Below are positions 47,938 through 56,710 of a stretch of 64,000 bases of DNA, in pieces. Origin of the DNA: Candidatus Aenigmatarchaeota archaeon (lineage in GTDB: Archaea; Aenigmatarchaeota; Aenigmatarchaeia; JACPZZ01); assembly GCA_016202815.1 (NCBI GenBank), contig JACQNZ010000008.1:33932-97931 (forward strand), written 5' to 3'. Under the pieces are notes generated by a model. That model was not told the DNA's origin and ran no database searches. It was given only the letters and a program-made list of their open reading frames with translations. Positions within the stretch are counted from its first letter, which is position 1; every line of letters begins with the position of its first letter. The position numbers and the translations under genes are program-made.

Positions 47938-50268
47938 ATGCCGTGGACAATGTCACTGGACAAGATCGATAAAAACAGCGTCCCGCTGGCAGGCGGCAAG
48001 GCCGCAAACCTGGGCGAAATGATTTCGATAAAACTGCCGGTACCGAAAGGATTTGTCGTAACAACCGATTCTTATCTTGCTTTTGTTTCTGAGAACCGTC
48101 TGCAGCAGCGAATAGACGGAATAGTAGGCGGCATTGACGTGGAAGACAGCGACAACCTCGTGGCAGCATCTGCGGAGATACAGAAAATGGTCATGGCTGC
48201 GCCAATTCCCGCTGCCATTGAAAACGACATAGTCGCATCTTATAGGGCTTTGTATATGGCCGACGAACTGCGGGAAATAAGCGGCAAAGCCCTGGATTTC
48301 ATCCGCGTTGGCCGCGACCAGCTACCTGTCGCAGTCCGTTCATCGGCTGTGGCCGAAGATTCGTCCGCAAATTCTTTCGCAGGCCAGATGGTGTCCATAC
48401 TGAATGTGACCGGGCCCAAGCAGCTGCTGGAAAGCGTCAAGCGCTGCTGGGCCTCGCTGTACGAGCCGCGCGCGATATTCTACCACAAAAACAGCAACGT
48501 AAAAATGCAGGCGATAGCCGTTATTGTGCAAAGGCTGATAAATGCGGACAAGGCCGGCGTAATGTTCACAGCAGACCCTGTTAGTTCGGATTCAACGAAA
48601 ATAGTAATCGAAGGCGCGTGGGGTTTGGGCGAGTCCGTAGTGTCCGGTTCGGTAACGCCGGACACTTACACATATGACAGGAACACAAAAAACGTGGAGA
48701 TACAGGTTAATAGGAAAGAAACGATGCGCATACGGGATTTGTTCTCCGGCGACACGAAGTCGCAGGCTGTGTTGCCGGAATTGGTGGAGACGCAAGTGCT
48801 TAGCATGGAAGAAATATCCGAACTGGTTTCGCTCGCGGAAAAAATAGAAGCGCACTACGCCTCGCCGCAGGACATCGAATGGTGCACAGAGCGCAACAAA
48901 CTGTTCATCGTGCAGACCCGTCCGATAACAACGCTGAAAAGGCAGAAGGTCGCGCAGCAGGATATGGGGGACAAGGAGGCCGTTTTGCAGGGCTCGCCGG
49001 CATCGCCCGGACTGGTGACAGGCTCGGTGAAAAAAATAGGCGGCATATCGGAATTTTCAAAACTGTCCAGGGGGGACATAATCGTTGCTCCAATGACGAC
49101 GCCGGACATGGTACCTATAATGAAAAAAGCGTCGGCGATAGTTACGGACACCGGTGGTTTGACAAGCCATGCAGCGATCGTATCGAGAGAATTAGGCATA
49201 CCATGCGTTGTCGGAACGCGCGACGCGACACGCAAGTTGCATGACGGCGACATAATCACAGTCGATGCGACGTCGGGTAAAATTTACATGGGCGTTGTTG
49301 GCGAACCCGAAAAAAACCCGGCGGGAAAAGCATCAGACAGCGAAAAAGAATATTCAACGCTGGTAACCGCGACAAAAATAAAGGTTAACCTGGCATTTCC
49401 CGAGCGCGCGCACGAGGCCGTTAACTCTGACGGCATCGGCCTGCTACGCGCCGAACACATGCTCACCGAAAGCGGGGAACACCCTATGCATTTGGCAAAA
49501 GAAAAACCGGACGAATTAACCAGCATGATTATGGAAAAACTCGGGTCTATTGCGAAAGCCCTGCACCCCAAGCCCGTATGGTATAGGTCGCTGGACGCGC
49601 GCACGGACGAGTTTAAGAATTTGATAGGCGGCAGCGACGAACCGACCGAAGCAAACCCGATGCTCGGCTCACACGGCATAAGAAGAAGCCTCGTCCAGCA
49701 GGAAATTTTGGTGTGCGAACTGAACGCAATAAAATCCCTGCACGAACAGGGGTTAACGAATATTCACCTGATGATACCGTTCATCGCATACGTTGACGAA
49801 TTTACCAGAGTAAAACAATTGGCAGAGCAGCTCGGCCTCCCGAAAACCGTGAAAATCGGCATAATGGTCGAACTGCCGTCAGCTGCGCTGACAATAGACG
49901 ATTTCTGCAAAGCCGGCATAGAATTTGCATCGTTCGGCAGCAACGACCTGACGCAGCTTGTTCTGGGCGTTGATCGCAACAACGAATCGATCTCCGGGTT
50001 GTACAGGGAAAATAATCCGGCTGTGCTGAAATTGATAGAGTACGTTATCGGCCGCTGCGCAAATTACGGAGTGGAGACATCGATATGCGGCGAAGCGCCG
50101 TCCCGCGATGACGATTTAGTCGGAAAATTAGTGGAGTATGGGATAAGTTCCATCTCAGTCGAATTGGACGCGTTCGATCATGTAAAGGAAGTCGTCGCCC
50201 GCAAGGAGCGCGAAATTGTTTTGAAAAAATCCGTCATTAACGAATATTCGAAAAGCGGCGGGCTTTAA
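47938..50268 (+). CDS. ppsA: Phosphoenolpyruvate synthase (pyruvate, water dikinase)
   Basis: N-terminal ...VPLAGGKAANLGEM..., phospho-His region GGLTSHAAIVSRELGIPCVVG, and a C-terminal PEP-utilising TIM-barrel pattern; 776 aa. Confidence 0.85.
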   Translation: MPWTMSLDKIDKNSVPLAGGKAANLGEMISIKLPVPKGFVVTTDSYLAFVSENRLQQRIDGIVGGIDVEDSDNLVAASAEIQKMVMAAPIPAAIENDIVASYRALYMADELREISGKALDFIRVGRDQLPVAVRSSAVAEDSSANSFAGQMVSILNVTGPKQLLESVKRCWASLYEPRAIFYHKNSNVKMQAIAVIVQRLINADKAGVMFTADPVSSDSTKIVIEGAWGLGESVVSGSVTPDTYTYDRNTKNVEIQVNRKETMRIRDLFSGDTKSQAVLPELVETQVLSMEEISELVSLAEKIEAHYASPQDIEWCTERNKLFIVQTRPITTLKRQKVAQQDMGDKEAVLQGSPASPGLVTGSVKKIGGISEFSKLSRGDIIVAPMTTPDMVPIMKKASAIVTDTGGLTSHAAIVSRELGIPCVVGTRDATRKLHDGDIITVDATSGKIYMGVVGEPEKNPAGKASDSEKEYSTLVTATKIKVNLAFPERAHEAVNSDGIGLLRAEHMLTESGEHPMHLAKEKPDELTSMIMEKLGSIAKALHPKPVWYRSLDARTDEFKNLIGGSDEPTEANPMLGSHGIRRSLVQQEILVCELNAIKSLHEQGLTNIHLMIPFIAYVDEFTRVKQLAEQLGLPKTVKIGIMVELPSAALTIDDFCKAGIEFASFGSNDLTQLVLGVDRNNESISGLYRENNPAVLKLIEYVIGRCANYGVETSICGEAPSRDDDLVGKLVEYGISSISVELDAFDHVKEVVARKEREIVLKKSVINEYSKSGGL

Positions 50269-50498
50269 ACAGGAAGCCCGGCACCGCGTTTGTACCCGCC
50301 GTTATGCGCGTGCCTTTCCAGTTCTTCGGCCTGTTTTACCATGTCATTTAAACGATAAGTGAGGCGCTTCTCCAGCACAGGATCGCTGACATCGGTGAGT
50401 GCATCTCGAAGGCGATTTATCCGCCTGCCCAATAAACTTATGTAACCCGGGTCGTTGTGCGAATAATAAGTCACGGTATCACGTCCGCAAGGCGCCAA
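50265..50498 (-). CDS. Small hypothetical protein
   Basis: ORF only; overlaps the upstream DUF5615-like gene by 28 nt. Confidence 0.2.
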   Translation of the reverse strand: MAPCGRDTVTYYSHNDPGYISLLGRRINRLRDALTDVSDPVLEKRLTYRLNDMVKQAEELERHAHNGGYKRGAGLPV

Positions 50499-50920
50499 AT
50501 TGACGGATACAATTCGTCAAGCTCGGGTGCGAATTTCCTTCTAAGCGAAATCAGTCTGCTCCTGTAACCGTTCGTTTCCCTGGCGGCGGGCTCGGCAACC
50601 ATGCCGAAAACAAATTCCACGTCGCCGATTATTTCCGCGTAATCGCCGCCAGACAGCCTCAAGCCAGGACCAATCACGATGGCATCGGCGACCTTTCCCA
50701 GCTTCTTGTCCCGTGTGAGTATCAGCGCCTGCAGCCTGGCAGCTTCCTTCATGATATCCTGGTCTGGTATGGAAGAAAAACCAAGCGCCCTGGCAACGTA
50801 AAATCCTCTGCCGGCCAGTTCTGTCCCAAGCCTTTCAGCCGAGACGCACTGGTCGAGAACAATGGCGGGAGAAGGGTAGCCGGCATGCGGCGAACCCATG
50901 TAGTGCCATTTTCCCTGCAC
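50471..50920 (-). CDS. DUF5615/PIN-like putative toxin-domain protein
   Basis: ...IVLDQCVSAERLGTELAGRGFYV...SDQDIMKEAARLQALILTRDKKLG resembles the DUF5615 (Mut7-C-like) pattern, recalled from memory. Confidence 0.3.
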   Translation of the reverse strand: MQGKWHYMGSPHAGYPSPAIVLDQCVSAERLGTELAGRGFYVARALGFSSIPDQDIMKEAARLQALILTRDKKLGKVADAIVIGPGLRLSGGDYAEIIGDVEFVFGMVAEPAARETNGYRSRLISLRRKFAPELDELYPSIWRLADVIP

Positions 50921-51012
50921 AACTCTTATTGAAAGTTTAAAGATTTAAGCTGGTTTGCAATATTTTTTTTGTAAAGCGCTTTATTCATCCCTGTTAGTGA
51001 ACTTTAATATCC

Positions 51013-51288
51013 ATGGAAGAACCCGGTAAAGAATTGAGCATTTATGAAAGAGTAGGATTTTTTAATGCATTCGGGATTACGTTGTCCGCTACCCCTTGGC
51101 GTGCAAAAGCATCAACACCTTTCTACGGATTCTGGGTTTACAGGGACATGATGAAAAGAAGTCGCGACCTTGAAGGCTTGTTAAGGCAGCACGAAGCACG
51201 TTACGGCAATTCTGCAATGTTCAGGCTTTTCCGCCCGAGTTATGGGGCTGCAAGGCGTATCCTAAGAGAAAGATATGAAATAAAATAA
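51013..51288 (+). CDS. Hypothetical small protein
   Basis: ORF only. Confidence 0.25.
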   Translation: MEEPGKELSIYERVGFFNAFGITLSATPWRAKASTPFYGFWVYRDMMKRSRDLEGLLRQHEARYGNSAMFRLFRPSYGAARRILRERYEIK

Positions 51289-51303
51289 ATGCGGGAGGCC
51301 AGA

Positions 51304-51346
51304 AGTTCGACTGACGCATACATTGTATGCGTCCAGTTTTCGAACT
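51304..51346 (+). repeat. Structured repeat unit 1: AGTTCGA-CTG-ACGCATAC-ATT-GTATGCGT-C-CAG-TTT-TCGAACT (nested stems)
   Basis: Read directly. Confidence 0.5.
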
Positions 51347-51406
51347 GGCGAAGGGACTAACCCACAGGATTTCTTCACATTGCAATAAGCAATCAGCACT
51401 TAAGCC

Positions 51407-51441
51407 GTTCAAACCGACATATGCATTGCATATGTCCAGTT
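51407..51441 (+). repeat. Structured repeat unit 2: GTTCAAACC-GACATATGC-ATT-GCATATGTC-CAGTT (~75% identical to unit 1)
   Basis: Read directly. Confidence 0.5.
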
Positions 51442-51596
51442 CCTCTTAAGTCCTGCGCATTTGGCCAGGCTTTGCTACTCCCGCACTTACTTAACGTTCT
51501 TAGTCCAATGTTTATATTTTGATAACTGGGCGATTTTTCGCGGAAGTACGTGTTTTATACACATTAAAAGCATAACTGTCAAATAAGTCAGGTGCA

Positions 51597-52841
51597 ATGA
51601 TGGAAATAAGTTTCGCGGGCGCCGCCAGCGAGGTTGGGAGGTCGGCGATAGTAATAGAAAACAAGGAAAAAATACTTCTCGATTACGGGTTGAAATTAAA
51701 CCACAACGAAGAGCCGGAATACCCGTTAAAAGTCAATCCGAACCACGTTTTTATCTCCCACGCGCATCTGGACCATATTGGGGCGGTTCCGTTCTTGAAC
51801 AAGTACGGTTATGTGGGGAATTTCTACGCAACAGATTTGACCATAGACCTGATGCGCGTAATGCTCGAAGATTCCGCCAAAATAGCAAAGATGGAAGGAT
51901 ATAACGTACGGTACAGCAGGAAAGACGTGCGCGACACGCTGAACAAAAGCATAAGCGTGCCTTATCGTAAAACTTTGAATTTCAAGAACTTCAGCGCGTC
52001 TTTTGTCGATGCCGGCCATATTCCAGGCTCGGCGGGCATTGTTATTGAAACGGCTGGCAAGAGAATATTCTACACCGGCGATTTGAGGGTCGCGGATACG
52101 AGGCTGGTGAACGGAATGAAAGAATTTCCCGAGGCCGACGTCCTCGTCATAGAGTCCACATACGCGGAGCGCAGGCACCCGGACAGGCAGGCCGAAGAGA
52201 AAAGATTTTTGGAAGCCGTGCGGGAAACAGTGGAAGGCGGAGGTGTCGCCCTGATACCGGCATTCGCGTTGGGCCGGTCGCAGGAAATGCTGATGATATT
52301 GGAAGGCCTGAAGTATCCTATTTACGTCGACGGAATGGCGCGCGAGGCGACGAGCATAATCAAAAATTACAAATCGTACCTGAAAGACGGAGGCCGATTG
52401 AGCAAGCTATGCAGCAGTGCCGGATTCGTGAAAGACAACCGGCAGCGGGAGCAGATAATAGAAGAGCCTTGCGCAATCGTTACGACCGCCGGATTCGTAC
52501 AGGCCGGTCCTTCAGTATTTTACATACGCCGCCTGTGCCTGCGTAAAAACTCTTCGATATTGATTCCCGGTTTCCAGGTTGACGGGTCGCCGGGCCGCCA
52601 GCTCCTGGAACATAACACATACAATCTGGACGGGGAAAATGTAAACGTCGGGTTGCATGTGGACAAATTTGATTTTTCCGCGCACGGGGACCGCGAAGAA
52701 TTATTGCACACGATAAACAAAGTTAATCCGGAAAAAGTGTTTGTGGTGCACGGCGACAACTGCGAAAAATTCGCGGCCGAATTGAAAGAAATGGGTTTCG
52801 AGGCGCATGCGCCCGAGATCGGAAACAAGTTTTCCGTGTGA
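51597..52841 (+). CDS. beta-CASP ribonuclease (MBL + beta-CASP), aCPSF2-like (no KH domains)
   Basis: HAHLDHIG metallo-beta-lactamase motif, downstream beta-CASP motifs, C-terminal ...FSAHGD... motif; 414 aa. Confidence 0.65.
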   Translation: MMEISFAGAASEVGRSAIVIENKEKILLDYGLKLNHNEEPEYPLKVNPNHVFISHAHLDHIGAVPFLNKYGYVGNFYATDLTIDLMRVMLEDSAKIAKMEGYNVRYSRKDVRDTLNKSISVPYRKTLNFKNFSASFVDAGHIPGSAGIVIETAGKRIFYTGDLRVADTRLVNGMKEFPEADVLVIESTYAERRHPDRQAEEKRFLEAVRETVEGGGVALIPAFALGRSQEMLMILEGLKYPIYVDGMAREATSIIKNYKSYLKDGGRLSKLCSSAGFVKDNRQREQIIEEPCAIVTTAGFVQAGPSVFYIRRLCLRKNSSILIPGFQVDGSPGRQLLEHNTYNLDGENVNVGLHVDKFDFSAHGDREELLHTINKVNPEKVFVVHGDNCEKFAAELKEMGFEAHAPEIGNKFSV

Positions 52842-52956
52842 TTTGGTACAGGAAAGCTGATTCGTCGATACTGTATAAAATAAACAGAATAAGAAATTGA
52901 AGTGGAAGAATTAAATCTGGACAGTCCTGTAGATATAGTAAAAATCAGTACCGGGT

Positions 52957-54000
52957 TTGCAAATGATTATAGTCCAAGGCGATACGTTGGAAGGTGGAGG
53001 CCAGATACTTCGCACAGCAACAGCGTTGTCGGCGGTGTTGAAAAAACCCTGCAAGATAATCAACATACGCGCCAACCGGCCGACGCCGGGTTTGAAAGAA
53101 CAGCATCTTCAAGGTCTTCTTGCACTTGCTAAGTTGTGCAACGGCTCCGTAAAGAACGCGTTCGTGGGGTCGAAGGAAATAGAATTCTATCCCGGGGATT
53201 CCTTTGAAAGGGAAATTGAAATAAATATAAAGACAGCAGGAGCGATAACGTTGGTGCTTCAGTCGCTGGCAATCGCATCCGCGTTCGGGAAGGATGAAAT
53301 AAAAATAAAAGTCAACGGAGGCGCAACAAACACGGCGTGGTCGCCGCCAATTGATTACACTGAAAATGTTTTTTTCCCGTTATTGGGTGGAATGGGATTC
53401 GGCGCATCGGTGACTGTTAACAGCCGGGGATTCTACCCGAAAGGCGGCGCCGGCGTATTGTGCACGTTGAAGCCGCCGGGAAAATTAAAAGGCCTGCAAG
53501 TGATGGAGAGAGGCGACGTAAAAATTATCAGGGGCGTTTCAGTATGCTCCAACCTCCCGAAGCATGTGTCCGAGCGCCAAAAAATTTCTGCCGAAAAAGC
53601 TCTGAAAGAAGCCGGATACGAAACGGAAATAACGGAAGAGGTCGTAAGTTCAGCTTCTGCCGGGTCCGCCCTGGTTTTGTGGGCAGAATGCGAAAACTCG
53701 GTACTTGGTGCGGACTCATTGGGAGAAATAAAAAAATCCGCCGAAAGCGTGGGAAAAGAGGCGGCGGAAAAAATAATCGGCGAGTTGGAAGGCGGATTTT
53801 CTTTGGACAGGCACGCCGCCGACCAGTTGATCCCTTACATGGCCCTTGCTGACGGAAAATCTTCGGTAACAACAGGAGAAATAACGCAGCATGCGGCTAC
53901 AAACATCGAAATTTGCGAAAAGATGCTGGGCGTAAAATTCACGGCAGAAAAAAACAAAATATATGTGGACGGCGCGTCCGGTTATCACAGAAACGCTTAA
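52957..54000 (+). CDS. rtcA: RNA 3'-terminal phosphate cyclase
   Basis: MQMIIVQGDTLEGGGQILRTATALSAVL N-terminus typical of RtcA; 347 aa. Confidence 0.8.
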   Translation: MQMIIVQGDTLEGGGQILRTATALSAVLKKPCKIINIRANRPTPGLKEQHLQGLLALAKLCNGSVKNAFVGSKEIEFYPGDSFEREIEINIKTAGAITLVLQSLAIASAFGKDEIKIKVNGGATNTAWSPPIDYTENVFFPLLGGMGFGASVTVNSRGFYPKGGAGVLCTLKPPGKLKGLQVMERGDVKIIRGVSVCSNLPKHVSERQKISAEKALKEAGYETEITEEVVSSASAGSALVLWAECENSVLGADSLGEIKKSAESVGKEAAEKIIGELEGGFSLDRHAADQLIPYMALADGKSSVTTGEITQHAATNIEICEKMLGVKFTAEKNKIYVDGASGYHRNA

Positions 54001-54136
54001 ATAGATGCTGCTAGAAAAAAGGAACAAGGTGGTGCTGTGTTCGACGATGAGGAAAGCGGTGACGACGAGGACGAATTGGAAGAGGAAGACGAGTTAGAAG
54101 AGGAAACGGACGAAGACGAGGACGAGTAGCGGTTCA

Positions 54137-55516
54137 TCATTCAATTTTTTTGTTTTTGTTTTTTATTTTCCCATACTCCCAGAGTGCTTTGATAGCCTTG
54201 ACAGCTTTCCTGGGAGTCGGATATGCGGGTATCCCTTCCTTTTCGAGCGCATGCATGTGCAACTGGGTAAAGTTGCCTCCGGCCGAGCATGCGACAACCG
54301 GCTTTTTTTTGTTTTTGTATACCTCCGTTATTGAATCTATCACGTCAGAACCGAGCGTGGATACCTGCATAAGCAGTATCACGAGTATGCAGTCCACGCC
54401 ATCCTCTTTTGCTATTATGTCGAGCGCATCCTTGTAGCGCTTCGTGTCCGCGTCGCCTACAAGGTCCATAGGATTGCGCACATTTACATGAGGCGGCATC
54501 GAATCCCTTAATAATTTTTCGGCGGCCGGAGAAAAAGTTGCAAGCTTCATCCCGCATTCTTCAATGGCATCCGCGGCCAAAACTCCAAACCCGCCGCCGT
54601 TCGTTACTACAGCGATCCTGTTTCCAGCCAGCGGCTTTTGGTAGGCAAGTATCCTGGACAAATCGAACAACTCGTCGACATCGCCGACTTCTATCGCCCC
54701 GCATTGCTTGAAGACTCCGGAAAACACGTTTGCAGAGCCGGCCAATGATCCTGTGTGCGACATCGCGGCCTTCGAGCCCGCCTCGCTCTTGCCGGCTTTC
54801 AGCGCAATGATCGGCTTTTTTTTAGAGACGCGCATGCAGGTTTCTATAAATTTGTGCCCGTCTTCAAGGCCTTCAAGGTAAAGCGCGATTGCCCTGGTGG
54901 TTTCGTCGCTACCAAGATAATCGATAAGTTCGGATTCGCGCAAATCGATACCGTTTCCGTAGGAAACAAATTTTGACATGCCCACGAACTCGGAGTGCGC
55001 CCAGTCCAGGACGGCAGCGCCTAAAGCGCCCGATTGCGAGACGAATGAGATTGGGCCCTTCGACGGCCTGTTTAATTTGTATTGCGGGTTGAATATGGTG
55101 TCAACGCCGCTGTACGTATCCAGTATGCCCAGGCAGTTCGGTCCTACAGCCCGCATTTTATATTTTTTAATAACCTCTCCCAGCCTATTTTCTTTTTCGC
55201 GGTCGCCAACCTCGGAAAAGCCGCTTGTGATGATGACCAGCGATTTGACGCCTTTCTTGCCGCAGTCCTCAACCGTTTCTATCGCGACGTCGGAGGGCAC
55301 GATGATTACGGCGAGGTCCACTTTGTCCTTTATCGAAGAAACCCTCGGGTAACATTTCAATCCCATGATCTCGTCCACCTTGGGGTTTACAGGGTAGATT
55401 TTTCCCTTGAACGTAAGCATGAAATTGTTCAGCACAACGTTGCCGAATTTCTTCGGGTCCCTGCTTGCGCCCACAATTGCCACGGACGAGGGGGAGAAAA
55501 GGCTGCCAAGGTCCAT
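54137..55516 (-). CDS. Acetyl-CoA synthetase (ADP-forming) alpha subunit / CoA-binding ligase domain protein
   Basis: N-terminal CoA-binding SVAIVGASRDPKKFGNVV; succinyl-CoA-synthetase-like fold; 459 aa. Confidence 0.65.
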   Translation of the reverse strand: MDLGSLFSPSSVAIVGASRDPKKFGNVVLNNFMLTFKGKIYPVNPKVDEIMGLKCYPRVSSIKDKVDLAVIIVPSDVAIETVEDCGKKGVKSLVIITSGFSEVGDREKENRLGEVIKKYKMRAVGPNCLGILDTYSGVDTIFNPQYKLNRPSKGPISFVSQSGALGAAVLDWAHSEFVGMSKFVSYGNGIDLRESELIDYLGSDETTRAIALYLEGLEDGHKFIETCMRVSKKKPIIALKAGKSEAGSKAAMSHTGSLAGSANVFSGVFKQCGAIEVGDVDELFDLSRILAYQKPLAGNRIAVVTNGGGFGVLAADAIEECGMKLATFSPAAEKLLRDSMPPHVNVRNPMDLVGDADTKRYKDALDIIAKEDGVDCILVILLMQVSTLGSDVIDSITEVYKNKKKPVVACSAGGNFTQLHMHALEKEGIPAYPTPRKAVKAIKALWEYGKIKNKNKKIE

Positions 55517-55546
55517 AATTATAATTTATAAAGCCTATAATTAACT

Positions 55547-56710
55547 ATGTTGCGTGATGTGATTTCAAAGCGCGAGTCCGAACTGCCGCCCAGCTCAATG
55601 TCAACTTTTCTAAAAGTGGCCAGCGAGAACAAAAAAATAATATCGTTGGGGCCGGGTGAGCCGGATTTCCTGCCGCCGGCGAACGTCATCGCGTGCGTGA
55701 AAAGAAACGCATCCAAAACCACGCATTACGCGCCCGTGGAGGGGTTGGCCGAACTTCGCCGCGCTGTGGCAGGAAAATTGCGCAAAGAAAACAGGGTGCG
55801 TGCAAGCGCGGGCAATGTGATAATAACAAACGGCTCAAACGAGTCCATACTGATAGCGCTGATGTGCACAATGGATCCCGGCGAAGAGGTTTTGGTCCCG
55901 GATCCGGGCTTTATGGACTATCGCCCTGTAGTTGAGCTTCTCAACGGTTATCCTGCGCCGTATAGGATATCCGGGGAGGACAATTTCGAATTGGATCCGG
56001 ATTTGATCAGGCAATCCGTAAACAAAGGCAGGACAAAGGTAATCGTAATAAACACGCCGTCAAACCCCACAGGGAACGTACTAAAAAGGAAAACACTGGA
56101 AGAAGTCGCGGACATCGCAGTGGATAACAACCTGCTTGTGATAGCCGATGAAGCATACGAAAAATTCGTATACGGTCGGGCGAAACACGTCTCAATGGCG
56201 TCGCTTAATGGCGTTCAGGATAATGTCGTCACGCTGCAAAGCTTCTCAAAGACTTATGCAATGACAGGCTTCCGAGTCGGTTATTCATCCGGCCCGGAAA
56301 AAATCATCGGCGCAATGAAAAAAGTTCACGTGTACACGTCTATAAGCGCGCCTACTATATCGCAGTTTGCAGCCATCGAGGCCCTTCGGACAGGGAAAAA
56401 TTACGTTGAAAGGGCCCGCAAAGAATATGAACGCCGCGGTGCGTTCCTGCATAAGCGCCTGGGCGAAATGGGGCTAATTTGCGCCGTCCCGGAGGGGGCG
56501 TTCTATCTTTTTCCGAGCATCAGGAACACAGGCATCGGATCTGATAAGTTCTCGCAGTTGATGCTGGAAAAGGCGAAAGTTGCAGTGCTGCCTGGCACGG
56601 AATTCGGCAAATACGGCGAAGGCTATGTGAGGTTAAGCTACGCGACAGCTTATGACAGGATCGTTGAAGCGGCCGACCGGATGGAACGGGTTGTAAAAAA
56701 GTTCAATTAG
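55547..56710 (+). CDS. Class I/II pyridoxal-phosphate aminotransferase (aspartate aminotransferase-like)
   Basis: NTPSNPTGNV and SFSKTYAMTGFRVGY (PLP-Lys motif). Confidence 0.75.
   Translation: MLRDVISKRESELPPSSMSTFLKVASENKKIISLGPGEPDFLPPANVIACVKRNASKTTHYAPVEGLAELRRAVAGKLRKENRVRASAGNVIITNGSNESILIALMCTMDPGEEVLVPDPGFMDYRPVVELLNGYPAPYRISGEDNFELDPDLIRQSVNKGRTKVIVINTPSNPTGNVLKRKTLEEVADIAVDNNLLVIADEAYEKFVYGRAKHVSMASLNGVQDNVVTLQSFSKTYAMTGFRVGYSSGPEKIIGAMKKVHVYTSISAPTISQFAAIEALRTGKNYVERARKEYERRGAFLHKRLGEMGLICAVPEGAFYLFPSIRNTGIGSDKFSQLMLEKAKVAVLPGTEFGKYGEGYVRLSYATAYDRIVEAADRMERVVKKFN

Noticed and set aside
51304-51441. Possible mini-CRISPR array (two palindromic repeats ~100 nt apart)
   Set aside because: There are only two copies, about 75% identical rather than identical. 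The spacing (~100 nt) and unit length do not fit CRISPR. No cas genes or leader are present. The units share motifs with the hairpin family found in tRNA introns.
54001-54093. Basic small ORF MLLEKRNKVVLCSTMRKAVTTRTNWKRKTS from the ATG after rtcA
   Set aside because: It is a 30-aa frame-artefact of the GA-rich acidic repeat. The acidic in-frame reading is the more structured one and is reported as a low-interest finding instead.
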